Source: an uncultured bacterium (lineage in GTDB: Bacteria; Verrucomicrobiota; Kiritimatiellia; PWTM01). From it: 55,630 nt of DNA. Made by a program: the position numbers and the translations under genes. The notes beneath the pieces were generated by a model. That model was given only the letters and a program-made list of their open reading frames with translations, ran no database searches and had not been told where the DNA came from. Positions 8,507 through 18,216 of the stretch are shown here, in pieces (the first letter of the stretch is position 1; each line of letters starts with the position of its first letter). The stretch spans positions 1 through 55,630 of the forward strand of contig CALGXT010000136.1 in the NCBI GenBank assembly GCA_937935255.1, read 5' to 3'.

Positions 8507-8910
8507 GCGCCCCCGAGGAACGGCCCATCCGAGACGATTTCTGGCGCTATGCGATTTGCGGCGCGGCCGCCGTGGCGGCGGATTACACGATTTGGTGGCT
8601 GCTGAACGTGCGCGCCGAATGGTGGACGGTCGCGGCCCAGGCGGTGAGCCGGCCCGCCGGCGGGCTGATCAGTTTTTTGGGCAATCGGCTCTGGACCTGG
8701 CGGCGGCGGCGCGAATTCACACTGGGAAAACAATTTCGGCGTTTCTGGATCGTATGGATCGGACTCTTCCTCCTCGCCGCCGCGGCGGTGTGGTGGCTGT
8801 CGAGCGTCTTCCCGGACGAGCCGCGCGGACGCTTTTTCGCCAAGGTATTGGCCGATGGCTCGGCGGCGTTCCTTGGCTTCTTGCTGCAGCGAACACTGAC
8901 GTTCCGTTGA
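8503..8910 (+). CDS. GtrA-family small membrane protein
   Basis: 135 aa with four hydrophobic segments. N-terminal FWRYAICGAAAVAADYTIWWLL pattern. The start overlaps the upstream stop (ATGA). Confidence 0.6.
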   Translation: MSAPEERPIRDDFWRYAICGAAAVAADYTIWWLLNVRAEWWTVAAQAVSRPAGGLISFLGNRLWTWRRRREFTLGKQFRRFWIVWIGLFLLAAAAVWWLSSVFPDEPRGRFFAKVLADGSAAFLGFLLQRTLTFR

Positions 8911-9063
8911 GCGCGGCGGCGATCCCAGCGCCATGGCGTTTCAATGCGGCGACATGACGGACTTGTCCTACGGTCGGCGGGCGCGCCCACCGCAGCGCAC
9001 GATGCGCAGCCCAGGGAAGGCCCCGGCGCGGACAGCCGGCGGGAGATTTTTACCCCGCCGATT

Positions 9064-9885
9064 TCAAACGCCCGAATAGGCCGAGAAACCGCCGTCCACC
9101 GGCACGACGACGCCGGTGACGAAGCGGGCGGCCGGCGAGACCAGCCAAATCAGCGTCCCGACGAGGTCTTCCGGCGTTCCGAACCGACCCATGGGAGTAT
9201 GGTCTATGATCTGTTTGCCGCGCGCCGTCAGCTCGCCGGTCTTCTCGTCGCGCAACAGGAATTTGTTCTGCGTGGTTTCGAAGAATCCGGGGGCGATGGC
9301 GTTGACGCGGATGTCGGGGGAATAGTTCTGCGCCAGATGCACCGCGAGCCACTGGGTGAAGTTGTTGATGGCGGCCTTGGCCGCCGAATACCCCACGATC
9401 TTCGTCAGCGGGCGGAAAGAATTCATCGAGGAGATGTTGACGATGACGCCCTCCTTTTGCTTCGCCATCACGCGTCCGAACACCTGCGAGGGCAGGATGG
9501 ACCCCAAAAGATTCAGCTCCATCACAAACCGCAGAGCTTGATCGGGGAGATCGAAGAAGGAGAGTTCCGGGCCGGTCGTCGCCTCTTTCCGGTTGCCGCC
9601 GGCGCCGTTGACGAGGATGTCGCACCGGCCGAACGTGGAGACGACGCAGGAGACCGCGTCATGGAGGCTTTCGCGGTTGAGGACGTCCGCGATGATCGCG
9701 TCGGCCTCGACGTCTTCGGCGCGCAGACGTCCGAGCACTTCATTGGCGCCGGTCGGCTCGCGGTCCATGATCACCACGCGGGCGCCTTGCCGGCCCAAAG
9801 CAAGCGCCATGGCGCCGACCAGCACGCCGCCGCCGCCGGTGAGTACGGCGACCTTGTCTTCCAGATTGAACAGCGAATCCTTCAT
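9064..9885 (-). CDS. SDR-family oxidoreductase (UxuB / D-mannonate-oxidoreductase-like subgroup)
   Basis: VAVLTGGGGVLVG Rossmann motif, NISSM...YSAAKAAINNFTQWLA catalytic YxxxK, IRVNAIAPGFFETTQN, VVPVDGGF. GGAGGA lies 8 nt before the ATG at 9885. Confidence 0.8.
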   Translation of the reverse strand: MKDSLFNLEDKVAVLTGGGGVLVGAMALALGRQGARVVIMDREPTGANEVLGRLRAEDVEADAIIADVLNRESLHDAVSCVVSTFGRCDILVNGAGGNRKEATTGPELSFFDLPDQALRFVMELNLLGSILPSQVFGRVMAKQKEGVIVNISSMNSFRPLTKIVGYSAAKAAINNFTQWLAVHLAQNYSPDIRVNAIAPGFFETTQNKFLLRDEKTGELTARGKQIIDHTPMGRFGTPEDLVGTLIWLVSPAARFVTGVVVPVDGGFSAYSGV

Positions 9886-10005
9886 CGAGGTTTCCTCCCA
9901 GCGAACGTGGAGACCCATCGCGGCGCCCTCCTCGTTCCCGCTTCGCGCAAAAACGCCCGGCGGCGCTTCGCTTCGGCCCCGTCGGTCTCGGCCTTGCGAA
10001 GTTCC

Positions 10006-11457
10006 CTACGCCACGTAGGTGCTGGCCGACGTGGTTCCGCCGCGTCCGGTCCAGTTCGTGTGGAAGAACTCGCCGCGGGGCCGGTCCACGCGCTCGTAGG
10101 TGTGCGCGCCGAAATAGTCGCGCTGCGCCTGCAGCAGGTTCGCCGGCAGCCGCGCGGTGCGATAGCCGTCGTAATAAGCGAGGGCGCTCGAGATCGCGGG
10201 CGCCGGAATCCCGAGCTTGACCGCCGTGGCGACGACGCGCCGCCAGGATTCCTGCGCGTTGGCCGTGGCCCGCTTGAAGAACGGGTCGAGCAGCAGGTTG
10301 ACCAGATTCGGATCCTTCGCGAAAGCGTCGCGGATTTTGCCGAGGAATGCGGAGCGGATGATGCAGCCGCCGCGCCACATCAGCGCGATGCCGCCGTAGT
10401 TCAGGTTCCAGCCGTATTCCTTCGCCGCCGCGCGCATGAGCTGGAAGCCCTGGGCGTAGGAGCAGATCTTCGCCGCATACAGGGCGTTCTTGAGGTCCTC
10501 GACGAATTCCTTTTTGTTGCCGCGGAATTTCGCCCCGGGGCCGGCGAGCTTTTTCGAGGCCGCGACGCGCTCCTCCTTGATGGCGGAGAGGCAGCGCGCG
10601 AAAACCGCCTCGGCGATCAGCGTCAGCGGCTGCCCGGCGTCGAGCGCGGCGATCACGGTCCACTTGCCGGTGCCTTTCTGGCCGGCGGTGTCGAGGATGA
10701 GGTCCACCACGGGCCTGCCCTCTTCATCCTTGTAGCCGAGGATGTCGCGGGTGATCTCGATGAGATAGGAATCGAGCGCGCCGCGGTTCCACTGCGCGAA
10801 GATCTTGTGCATCTCCTCGTTCGAAAGGCCGAGACCGTCCTTCATCAACTGGTAGGTCTCGCAAATCATCTGCATATCGCCGTACTCGATGCCGTTATGC
10901 ACCATCTTCACGAAGTGGCCGGCGCCGTTCTCGCCGACCCAGTCGCAGCACGGCTCGCCCTCCTTCGTGTGCGCGGCGATCTTCTGGAAAATCGGCTTCA
11001 CGTGCGGCCAGGCCGCGGGCGAGCCGCCGGGCATGATCGAGGGGCCGAGCAGCGCGCCTTCCTCGCCGCCGGAGACGCCCGTGCCGATGTAGAGCAGACC
11101 TTTGCTCTCGACGTACTTCGTCCGGCGGGTGGTGTCGTTGAAATTGGAGTTGCCGCCGTCAATGATGATGTCGCCGGCCTCCAGGTGCGGCAACAGGAGC
11201 TCGATGAAATCATCCACCGCCTGGCCGGCCTTGACCATCAGCATCACCTTGCGGGGCTTCTGGAGCGCGGCGGCCAGCTCCGCAATGCTGTGACAGCCGA
11301 TAATATTTTTGCCCTTGGCGCGGCCGGCGAGGAACTCGTCCACCTTGCTCGTCGTCCGATTGAAACACGCGACCGTGAAGCCCTTGCTCTCCATGTTCAG
11401 GATGAGGTTTTCCCCCATCACCGCCAATCCGATCAGTCCGATATCCGCTTGCGACAT
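10006..11457 (-). CDS. gnd: 6-phosphogluconate dehydrogenase (decarboxylating)
   Basis: [51 protein letters not shown]. An ATG at 11466 is also possible, but GGAGG is better spaced for the ATG at 11457. Confidence 0.92.
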   Translation of the reverse strand: MSQADIGLIGLAVMGENLILNMESKGFTVACFNRTTSKVDEFLAGRAKGKNIIGCHSIAELAAALQKPRKVMLMVKAGQAVDDFIELLLPHLEAGDIIIDGGNSNFNDTTRRTKYVESKGLLYIGTGVSGGEEGALLGPSIMPGGSPAAWPHVKPIFQKIAAHTKEGEPCCDWVGENGAGHFVKMVHNGIEYGDMQMICETYQLMKDGLGLSNEEMHKIFAQWNRGALDSYLIEITRDILGYKDEEGRPVVDLILDTAGQKGTGKWTVIAALDAGQPLTLIAEAVFARCLSAIKEERVAASKKLAGPGAKFRGNKKEFVEDLKNALYAAKICSYAQGFQLMRAAAKEYGWNLNYGGIALMWRGGCIIRSAFLGKIRDAFAKDPNLVNLLLDPFFKRATANAQESWRRVVATAVKLGIPAPAISSALAYYDGYRTARLPANLLQAQRDYFGAHTYERVDRPRGEFFHTNWTGRGGTTSASTYVA

Positions 11458-11710
11458 GAAGTTCATCCTCCGGGGTTAGGAAACGGTTTTATAATCCCCA
11501 AAAGAGTTCGGGGGTCAAGCAGGTTCCGCGGGATTCAGGAACAAGTCCGGGCCGCCGGAGGGGCGGAAGCGGAGCCGACAAGGCCGGACGGCGGATTCGC
11601 GCCGCGCGCGGTTGAGCCGCGACGGCATCGTTCTGAACGGGGCGAACCGCCGCCGGCGCCTGCGCATTTGCTCTTGGCGCGGCGCGCGCGGGGCGCTCAT
11701 ACTGCGGGCG

Positions 11711-12196
11711 ATGAGCGCGGAAACCTCCAACGCCGGCGGCGGCCGGAAGATCGTCGCGACCAACCGTCGCGCGCGCCATGAGTACTTCATCCTCGAAACC
11801 CTGGAGGCCGGCATCGAGTTGCGCGGCACGGAGGTCAAGTCCGTCCGCGCCGGCGAGGTCAGCCTCGCCGAGAGTTTCGCCGACATCGAGAACGGACAGG
11901 TCGTTCTGCGCGATCTCCACATCCAGCCTTACCGCTGCGGCAATGTGCACAACCATGAGCCGAAGCGCCCGCGCCGGTTGTTGCTGCACGCCCGCGAGAT
12001 CGCGCGGCTCCACGGCCAGTGCGCCGTCAAGGGCCACGCCCTGATCCCGCTCGACCTCCACCTGCGCCGCGGCCTCGTGAAGGTCGAGCTGGGCGTCTGC
12101 AAGGGCAAACACCACGAGGACAAGCGCGAAACCCTGCGCCGCCGCGAGGCCGATCTTGAAGCCCGGCGCGCCATCGCCGAAAGGCGGCGGGCATGA
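11711..12196 (+). CDS. smpB: SsrA-binding protein SmpB
   Basis: KIVATNRRARHEYFILETLEAGIELRGTEVKSVRAG...LRDLHIQPY...HEPKRPRRLLLH. ORF trimmed to the ATG at 11711. Confidence 0.92.
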   Translation: MSAETSNAGGGRKIVATNRRARHEYFILETLEAGIELRGTEVKSVRAGEVSLAESFADIENGQVVLRDLHIQPYRCGNVHNHEPKRPRRLLLHAREIARLHGQCAVKGHALIPLDLHLRRGLVKVELGVCKGKHHEDKRETLRRREADLEARRAIAERRRA

Positions 12197-12669
12197 GATT
12201 CCCGTGGCTCATCGTGGACGGCTACAGCCTGCTGCACCGGCCCGGCCCGCCGCCGGATCGCGGCGCGGGTCCGCGCTTCGGCCTCGCGCGCGATGCGCTG
12301 GTGCGGCGGCTCGAACGGCTGGCCGGCCGCGTTTGCGACCGAATGACCATCGTTTTCGACGGACGCGGCGAGCGCGTCGCCCCCGGCGAGATCGCCGCCG
12401 GTCCGGTCGAAGTATTGTTTTCCCCGGCCACCCTGACGGCGGATTCCGTAATCGAGCGCCTCGTGCTCGCAAGCCAGGCGCCCGCCCAAATCACGGTGAT
12501 CACCTCCGACCGCCTCGAGCGCGAAACCGTCGAGGCCGCCGGCGCGCAAAGCCTCTCCTGCGGCGACTTTCTCGCGCTGTGCGAGGCCGAGGAACGCGCG
12601 CTCGCCCGACCGGCGCGCCCTGCCCCGCGCCGCGGCGGGGCGACCCTCGGCGATATTTTCCCCGGGTAG
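12193..12669 (+). CDS. NYN-domain protein of the YacP/Rae1 (DUF901) type
   Basis: WLIVDGYSLLH, MTIVFDGRG, VEVLFSPATLTADSVIERL and ITVITSDRLE follow the YacP/Rae1 pattern. The ATG overlaps the smpB stop (ATGA). Confidence 0.75.
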   Translation: MRFPWLIVDGYSLLHRPGPPPDRGAGPRFGLARDALVRRLERLAGRVCDRMTIVFDGRGERVAPGEIAAGPVEVLFSPATLTADSVIERLVLASQAPAQITVITSDRLERETVEAAGAQSLSCGDFLALCEAEERALARPARPAPRRGGATLGDIFPG

Positions 12670-12803
12670 CGCCCGCCGCCCGCGGATCGCGCCGCTGCTC
12701 TCCGCCCCCAGCTGATTCGCGGCGGGCAAATCCGAGGGGCTTGCCGAATGGCGTTGGTAGCGGATTTTCGCGGCGGACGGTCGCGGCGATATGCCGCGGC
12801 GGG

Positions 12804-12835
12804 ACTGTATCACACTTCGCGAAGTGTGATACAGT
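12804..12835. repeat. Palindromic repeat family 2A (ACTGTATCACACTTCGCGAAGTGTGATACAGT)
   Basis: Perfect 32-bp palindrome between convergent gene ends. Nearly identical copies at 14864 and 21022. Confidence 0.9.
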
Positions 12836-12897
12836 CGCGGCACGGCGCAACACGGCGCCCTGCGCCGGCGGGCGGCCCCCATCGCCGGCAATTTCCG

Positions 12898-14616
12898 TCA
12901 TTCTGTTCGGTATTCGCCGCGCAGGTTTTTCGCGGAACGCCAGTGCGAGGTGTGGTCGCCGACCTTCAATTGAATATCCGGCCCCTCCGCGATCAGCTCC
13001 ACCGCCGACTCGGGATGCCGCGCCCGCAGGATGTTGGCGAGGCATAGCGCTTTCTCGAACCCGTCGCCGCGCCGGTAGTTCCAAACCTCGTCCGGCTGCG
13101 CCGCGCGCGCGCCGTCGTAGATGGATTCCTCCGGCCAACCGCGCAGTTGCGCCTCGACTTCGCGATTTCCGAGCGGCTGCGCGCCGGCGATCGAGACGGG
13201 GCTGCGCTCCAGCGCCGCTTTGAAAAAGGGCGCCCAGTCGGTTCGCGATAGATCGCGGTAAGCATAAAAGGCCAAATCCGCCACGGGGTTTTCGGCCCGC
13301 AACGATTCCAGCCGATCCCGAATCTCCTCCCGCGCCATGTCCGGTCGCAACGGGAGCGGCCGCGCGCCGGCGAACGTCTTGGCCGTCTCGCAATCCGGCA
13401 GCCGCGGCTCCAGCCGAGCGAAGGCGATCAGCTCCCGCACCGAATCGAACCCGCGGAAATGACGGCACGGCAGTTGTTCCATGAGGCGCTCGACCTGCGC
13501 GGAATCGCTCATATCCACCGGTGTTTTGCGGAAAAACTCCTCCAGATCGTTCAGAATCACGCGCTCCTCGATCGGCGCGGTGAAAAACTCGTCCTCGTCA
13601 ATTTCGTCGAGCAGTTTTCCCAGCGGGCCGGTCCCGACCTTGAGGGCGCTGCCGCGTTCGTAGCTGTACACGGTCTCCGCCGGAATAAAGTGGTCCTGCC
13701 CGTGCAAGGCGTGGCGGAACTGGAAGCAGCGCTGGCGTTCGGGATATTGCCGCAGGAAAGCCGTCATCACCGGCATCGTCAAATCGGTGGTCAAGAACGC
13801 GCGCAGCGCGGCGCCGAAGCGGCGATAGGCGGCGGGGTCAATCGTCGCCTCGGGATAGACGACGTGGATCCATCCGGTATGGTGGGCGACGATCGTCACC
13901 TGCTCGTGGCGCAGCGCGCGCTGGGCCTTCTGGGTGAGCTCGGTGCCGTTGAACCACATCGCCTTTGTCACGAGGCGGCGGTTGTTGGTCAGCACGCCGT
14001 CGCCGGCGAGGATGAAGTTCTGCGAGTGGAGCGGCGTGGCCATGAGGAAGATGTCGTCGAGCGGGATGCCGCAGACGATAAACATCGCCGCCGCGTAGAG
14101 CGTGGAGAGCGAAACGCACTCGCCCGCGCCGATGGAATAGCCGTCGCGATAGCGGAAGGCGTCCATGGCCTCGACGGTCTCCGTTTTCCAATACGGGATG
14201 ATGTCGGAATCGTATTTTTCCAATCCGAAATGGCGGCGGATATCGAGGTCGAAGTAGTACCGGTCGCCCTCATAGCCGAAGAGAGCGTTCGAGCGCGCGA
14301 TGGTCGCCTCGTCCATGAAAGGCCGAAAACGCCGTAGTTCGCGCTCCTTCGTGGTCAAACCCCACGTGTCGAGATCGAGGTTGAACTGGTAGTGGTCTAT
14401 GACGAACTGTTTCAACCGGAGGATGCGGCGGTAGGGGTTGAGTTTCGCGAGGCCGGCGAACCAGGGATCGTCGCGCCAGCTCCAGATGCGGGGCGACAAG
14501 ATGTTGGCGAGCGTCAGCGCATAGAGCAGCTCCGGGAAAATGAAAATCTCCATATCGGAGAGCGTGGACGCCGAGGAATATTTCTCGAGTTGCGCGGCGG
14601 GAACAGCGGATTTCAT
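12898..14616 (-). CDS. Hypothetical protein, possible transglutaminase-like/papain-like Cys-His core
   Basis: ORF 12898..14778 trimmed to the ATG at 14616 (MKSAVPAAQLEKY). GAGECVSLSTLYAAAMFIVCGIPLDD...TPLHSQNF resembles a Cys...GIP...His transglutaminase-like core. No signal peptide. Confidence 0.7.
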   Translation of the reverse strand: MKSAVPAAQLEKYSSASTLSDMEIFIFPELLYALTLANILSPRIWSWRDDPWFAGLAKLNPYRRILRLKQFVIDHYQFNLDLDTWGLTTKERELRRFRPFMDEATIARSNALFGYEGDRYYFDLDIRRHFGLEKYDSDIIPYWKTETVEAMDAFRYRDGYSIGAGECVSLSTLYAAAMFIVCGIPLDDIFLMATPLHSQNFILAGDGVLTNNRRLVTKAMWFNGTELTQKAQRALRHEQVTIVAHHTGWIHVVYPEATIDPAAYRRFGAALRAFLTTDLTMPVMTAFLRQYPERQRCFQFRHALHGQDHFIPAETVYSYERGSALKVGTGPLGKLLDEIDEDEFFTAPIEERVILNDLEEFFRKTPVDMSDSAQVERLMEQLPCRHFRGFDSVRELIAFARLEPRLPDCETAKTFAGARPLPLRPDMAREEIRDRLESLRAENPVADLAFYAYRDLSRTDWAPFFKAALERSPVSIAGAQPLGNREVEAQLRGWPEESIYDGARAAQPDEVWNYRRGDGFEKALCLANILRARHPESAVELIAEGPDIQLKVGDHTSHWRSAKNLRGEYRTE

Positions 14617-14863
14617 GGCAAAAGCATAGCCCGCGGCGGGCGAACTGACAACCCGCGACTGGACGTCCGGCCTTCTCGATCGAAGGCCTTGCGCGACGCC
14701 GCGCGCCTCCCGTTCGCCCGCCGGCCCGCGGCGTCGCAGCGCTCCGCCTGCAGGGTCGGGTGGAGCCCCGGCAGGCAATAGACGCTGCCCTCAAGTGCGG
14801 GCGGCGGGGAACGCTTCTTTCCTCGCATCGCGGCGGGACTAGCCCCCGAACGACGGCGGACGA

Positions 14864-14893
14864 CTGTATCACACTTCGCGAAGTGTGATACAG
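14864..14893. repeat. Palindromic repeat family 2A copy
   Basis: CTGTATCACACTTCGCGAAGTGTGATACAG, a perfect 30-bp palindrome between tandem minus-strand genes. Confidence 0.9.
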
Positions 14894-14941
14894 CGCCGGC
14901 GGCGGCGCGTTCGACAGCCCGGACGGCGGAGTCGCCCGCGC

Positions 14942-17326
14942 TCACCGAGGCGATTCGGCGGCGGCCGGCGCCGCGTATTCGGAGGTGACGTCCACAGCGC
15001 TGATGCGGTCGTCGTAGGGATCCCACGCCACCATAAAGCGAAGCGGACGGCGCTCGAACGTGGCGGCATAGATGCGCTCCAGGGGGCGATCGGGATGCGC
15101 CCGCGACGCGGCCTCCGCCGCCTTCGCGATGAACCAGCCCTCATTCAGCCGGGCGGATTCGGCGGCGCCGAGCCGCTGCCAGGCGCCGTCCCAGATTTCG
15201 ACCCAGTTGTGATTGCCGCTGCCGTCGGGCCAACGGGGAATGCCGACGACCCGCGCCGGAATCGCGACCGCCCGGCACGCGTCCACCAGCAGGATGGAAA
15301 GCCCCGTGCACGAGGCGAAACCCGCCGCGACCGATTCGGACGGGCTTTGATCGGGCTTCGGCCGCCGCGTCGCGTGGTAGCGAACGCCCAATTGTTCGAA
15401 CACCTCGCGGTTGAGCATCACCGCCGCCTCGCCCGCCGAGGCGCAATCGCGAATCACGGGCATGAACCGCCGATAAAAATCCTCCCGCCACTCTTCGCGT
15501 TTCTCGCTGAAGGCCGCGTAAGGCAACACATAATTACGGTAGAGCGACAGCGGCGCCGCCTTTCCCCAAGGCGTCTCCGCCCGAGCCTTCGCCGCGAACC
15601 TCGCATTCCGAAGCAAATATTCGCCGGAGAGCGTGCGCAAGTCGGAGAGCGGCATGTTGACCAGGAGAAACAGCAGGTCCTCCCGCTCCTCCTCCGTCGC
15701 CCCCGCCAGCGCCTCCGCCAGCGACCGAACGTTCGATCCTGCCGCCCGCAGCGCGGCCTCCAGCGCCCGCGCCATTTCCGGATCGGCTACCCGCAGGCTT
15801 AGCGCCGCGTCGGGCCGGGGAACCGCCGGCGGACGCGCCGCCGGGTCGCGGGCGCCGGCCCGCACCGGATCGTCGCCGGCGGAGGTTTTCCGGATCGGGG
15901 CCGGATCGCCCCCAAAGGATACCTCCACAATGTCTCCTTTTTTTGCCTGACCGCCGGCCGCGGGCAGCAAGATAAAACGGTCGGTAATCAGCGCGTCCGG
16001 CACGCCTTGAAACCGAAGATCGCGAATGTTCATCAACCGCTCGGGCAAGAACGCGCAGAGCGGGCGGTCGCCCCACGGAGTGTCTCGCAGAACTTCAATG
16101 CGAAAAACGCGCCGCCCGTCCGCTTCCCGCCGCCAGGATTGAACCCAGGCGGCTTCTCCCGCCGCCCAGCGAACGGGCCAGGCCGGATCTCCATAGAAGG
16201 CCACCACGTCGCGATCCCAAAGATCGCCGAGCAGGGTGCGGTCCGCGATGCGATGGCGCCGAGCCAGTTCGGAAATCGCCGAGGCCTCGTAGCTCTCGAA
16301 TTCGATCGCGGCCTGCTGCGGCCATCGGGTTTGCAGACGATGCACCAAGGCTTGGTTGTTGAAGAAAAAGGCTTCGGCCAGCGTATGATTTCGCGCGGGA
16401 TTATGCAGAAAAGTTCCGATGCCCCATCCCATGAACCCGTGAAACGTGACGGCCGTGTAACCGAACATTTGGTGGACGCCGCCGCTGTGCATCCAGGCCG
16501 TCGCCATGCAGTCGGGCCCCGGAATGCGGCCGATCAGACAGTTGCCGACGGGCAGATACGCCTTGGGCCGTTCCGCGCGGATATCGAATCGGCGGCCCTC
16601 GGTGTTCAGGGCATACAACCGACCGTCCTCGCAGCGAAATTGGCCGCCCGCCACATTGTAGCCGATCTGCCAGTCCTTTTCCGTGGCGTGCCCGCTGGTG
16701 AGGAACGCGTCCACATCCTCCGTGTTGAAGGCGCCGGCAAGCGCCTCCGCCGCGTCCGGCGTCACGTCGTGTTTTTCGGCTTTTTCACCCGCCCCACGAC
16801 GCCAGAACGCGCGAGGGTTCGTTTCTTCCGAGGCGAAGCCGCCTTCCAGACCCTCGAACACGCCCGGCCCCATGCTGCCGGCGGCGCGCCGCACGAGCAG
16901 CGGTTCGCGTCGGCGGGCGATGCGCAACGCGTCGGAGGCGTCATAACCGGTCAGGATGCCCCAGAGCAGATCCGTATAGGGATCGTCATCCAGCCGTCGG
17001 GTCATCCGGTGGATTCCGACCACGGTTTCGCGGCCCAGGGTTTCGGGCGGACAAACGAAACAGACGTAGTCCGGAAAAATCTCGCGCAAAGCGATCTCGG
17101 ACTCGAGCACCGAGGTCTCGCACAAAATCAGTCCGGCCTCATGTTTGGCGCGCAGCGCCTCAATCGCTTCCCGCCAGTCCGGACGCTCGAACGTGGCGCG
17201 GGTCGCCACAACCACATAGCTGCCCGTCGGCGACGGCGCGCCGGTCGTCGTCGCGACGGCGGCCGACAGCAGAGCGGCGGTGAAAAGCAGAAAAGCATAC
17301 AAACCGTTTTCACTCATCCTGCGCAT
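14942..17326 (-). CDS. Secreted multidomain protein with C-terminal transglutaminase-like domain and N-terminal possible C25/caspase-like domain
   Basis: Signal peptide MRRMSENGLYAFLLFTAALLSAAVA. C-terminal FASCTGLSILLVDACRAVAIPARVVGIPRW...GNHNWVEIWDGAW (Cys/His/Asp core). N-terminal half has SGHATEKDW and VGNCLIGRI, a weak His/Cys dyad. Confidence 0.8.
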   Translation of the reverse strand: MRRMSENGLYAFLLFTAALLSAAVATTTGAPSPTGSYVVVATRATFERPDWREAIEALRAKHEAGLILCETSVLESEIALREIFPDYVCFVCPPETLGRETVVGIHRMTRRLDDDPYTDLLWGILTGYDASDALRIARRREPLLVRRAAGSMGPGVFEGLEGGFASEETNPRAFWRRGAGEKAEKHDVTPDAAEALAGAFNTEDVDAFLTSGHATEKDWQIGYNVAGGQFRCEDGRLYALNTEGRRFDIRAERPKAYLPVGNCLIGRIPGPDCMATAWMHSGGVHQMFGYTAVTFHGFMGWGIGTFLHNPARNHTLAEAFFFNNQALVHRLQTRWPQQAAIEFESYEASAISELARRHRIADRTLLGDLWDRDVVAFYGDPAWPVRWAAGEAAWVQSWRREADGRRVFRIEVLRDTPWGDRPLCAFLPERLMNIRDLRFQGVPDALITDRFILLPAAGGQAKKGDIVEVSFGGDPAPIRKTSAGDDPVRAGARDPAARPPAVPRPDAALSLRVADPEMARALEAALRAAGSNVRSLAEALAGATEEEREDLLFLLVNMPLSDLRTLSGEYLLRNARFAAKARAETPWGKAAPLSLYRNYVLPYAAFSEKREEWREDFYRRFMPVIRDCASAGEAAVMLNREVFEQLGVRYHATRRPKPDQSPSESVAAGFASCTGLSILLVDACRAVAIPARVVGIPRWPDGSGNHNWVEIWDGAWQRLGAAESARLNEGWFIAKAAEAASRAHPDRPLERIYAATFERRPLRFMVAWDPYDDRISAVDVTSEYAAPAAAESPR

Positions 17327-17517
17327 AAGGTCCTTCTTTCTTTCATTCGCCGGGTTCGCGGTATCATTCCGCCTCCGGCCCGCGGAGCGCGGTAAAGAAA
17401 CGCGCGTTCCATCTTCGCTCGATTTCGCGCGCTTGTCACGCCGGCGGTGGGCGCAACCGCCGAACCGGCGTCTCCGCGGCGACGGGGCGGCATCCGGCGG
17501 CGCGGGTTCCCAACCGC

Positions 17518-18216
17518 CTATCCGATGCGCCCGTCGGTCAGCGTCAGCGTCCGATCGCAGCGCGCGGCGACCTCGCGGTTGTGGGTGACGATGATCAGCG
17601 TGCGCCCGCCTTGTCGGACGAGGCCGAAGAGCAAATCCAGCACGCGTTCGCCGGATTCTGAATCGAGATTCCCGGTCGGCTCGTCGGCGAGGATGAGGTC
17701 CGGTCGGTTGACGAGCGCGCGGGCGAGCGCGGCGCGCTGCTGCTCGCCGCCGGAGAGCTCGTCGGGGCGGTGCCCGACGCGCGCGGAAAGTCCGACCCGC
17801 TCGATCAGCGCCAGCGCTTCGCGCCGCAACGCCGCGCCGCGCCGCCAGGCGCCGGGCCGGCTCAACGCCGGCAGGAGAATGTTCTCCACCAGATCGAGCT
17901 CCGGCAGCAAGTGAAACGCCTGGAAGACGAAACCCACGCGCGTGGCGCGGATTTCGGCCCGCGCGGCGGGAGAGAGCGCATAGAGGTCGCGCCCGTCGAA
18001 GAGCACACGGCCGCCGGTGGGCGCGTCGAGCGCGCCGAGGACATTCAGGAGCGTGCTTTTGCCCGCGCCGCTCGCCCCGACGATCGCCAGCGCCTCGCCC
18101 GCGCGCACCGCGAGCGAGACGCCGCGCAGCACCGGCACCTCGACCGCGCCCAGCCGGTATGTTTTGCGCGCGTCGAGCGCCTCGACCAGCGGCGGCGGGG
18201 AGGATCGCTCATTCAT
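17518..18216 (-). CDS. lolD: Lipoprotein-releasing system ATP-binding protein
   Basis: Walker A GASGAGKST, signature LSGGEQQRAALARAL, Walker B LILADEPTGNLD. Overlaps the upstream permease gene. Confidence 0.85.
   Translation of the reverse strand: MNERSSPPPLVEALDARKTYRLGAVEVPVLRGVSLAVRAGEALAIVGASGAGKSTLLNVLGALDAPTGGRVLFDGRDLYALSPAARAEIRATRVGFVFQAFHLLPELDLVENILLPALSRPGAWRRGAALRREALALIERVGLSARVGHRPDELSGGEQQRAALARALVNRPDLILADEPTGNLDSESGERVLDLLFGLVRQGGRTLIIVTHNREVAARCDRTLTLTDGRIG

Noticed and set aside
11458-11710. Possible tmRNA (ssrA) gene next to smpB.
   Set aside because: The interval is only about 250 bp, shorter than a tmRNA. It shows no tRNA-like acceptor/T-arm ends and no tag-peptide reading frame.
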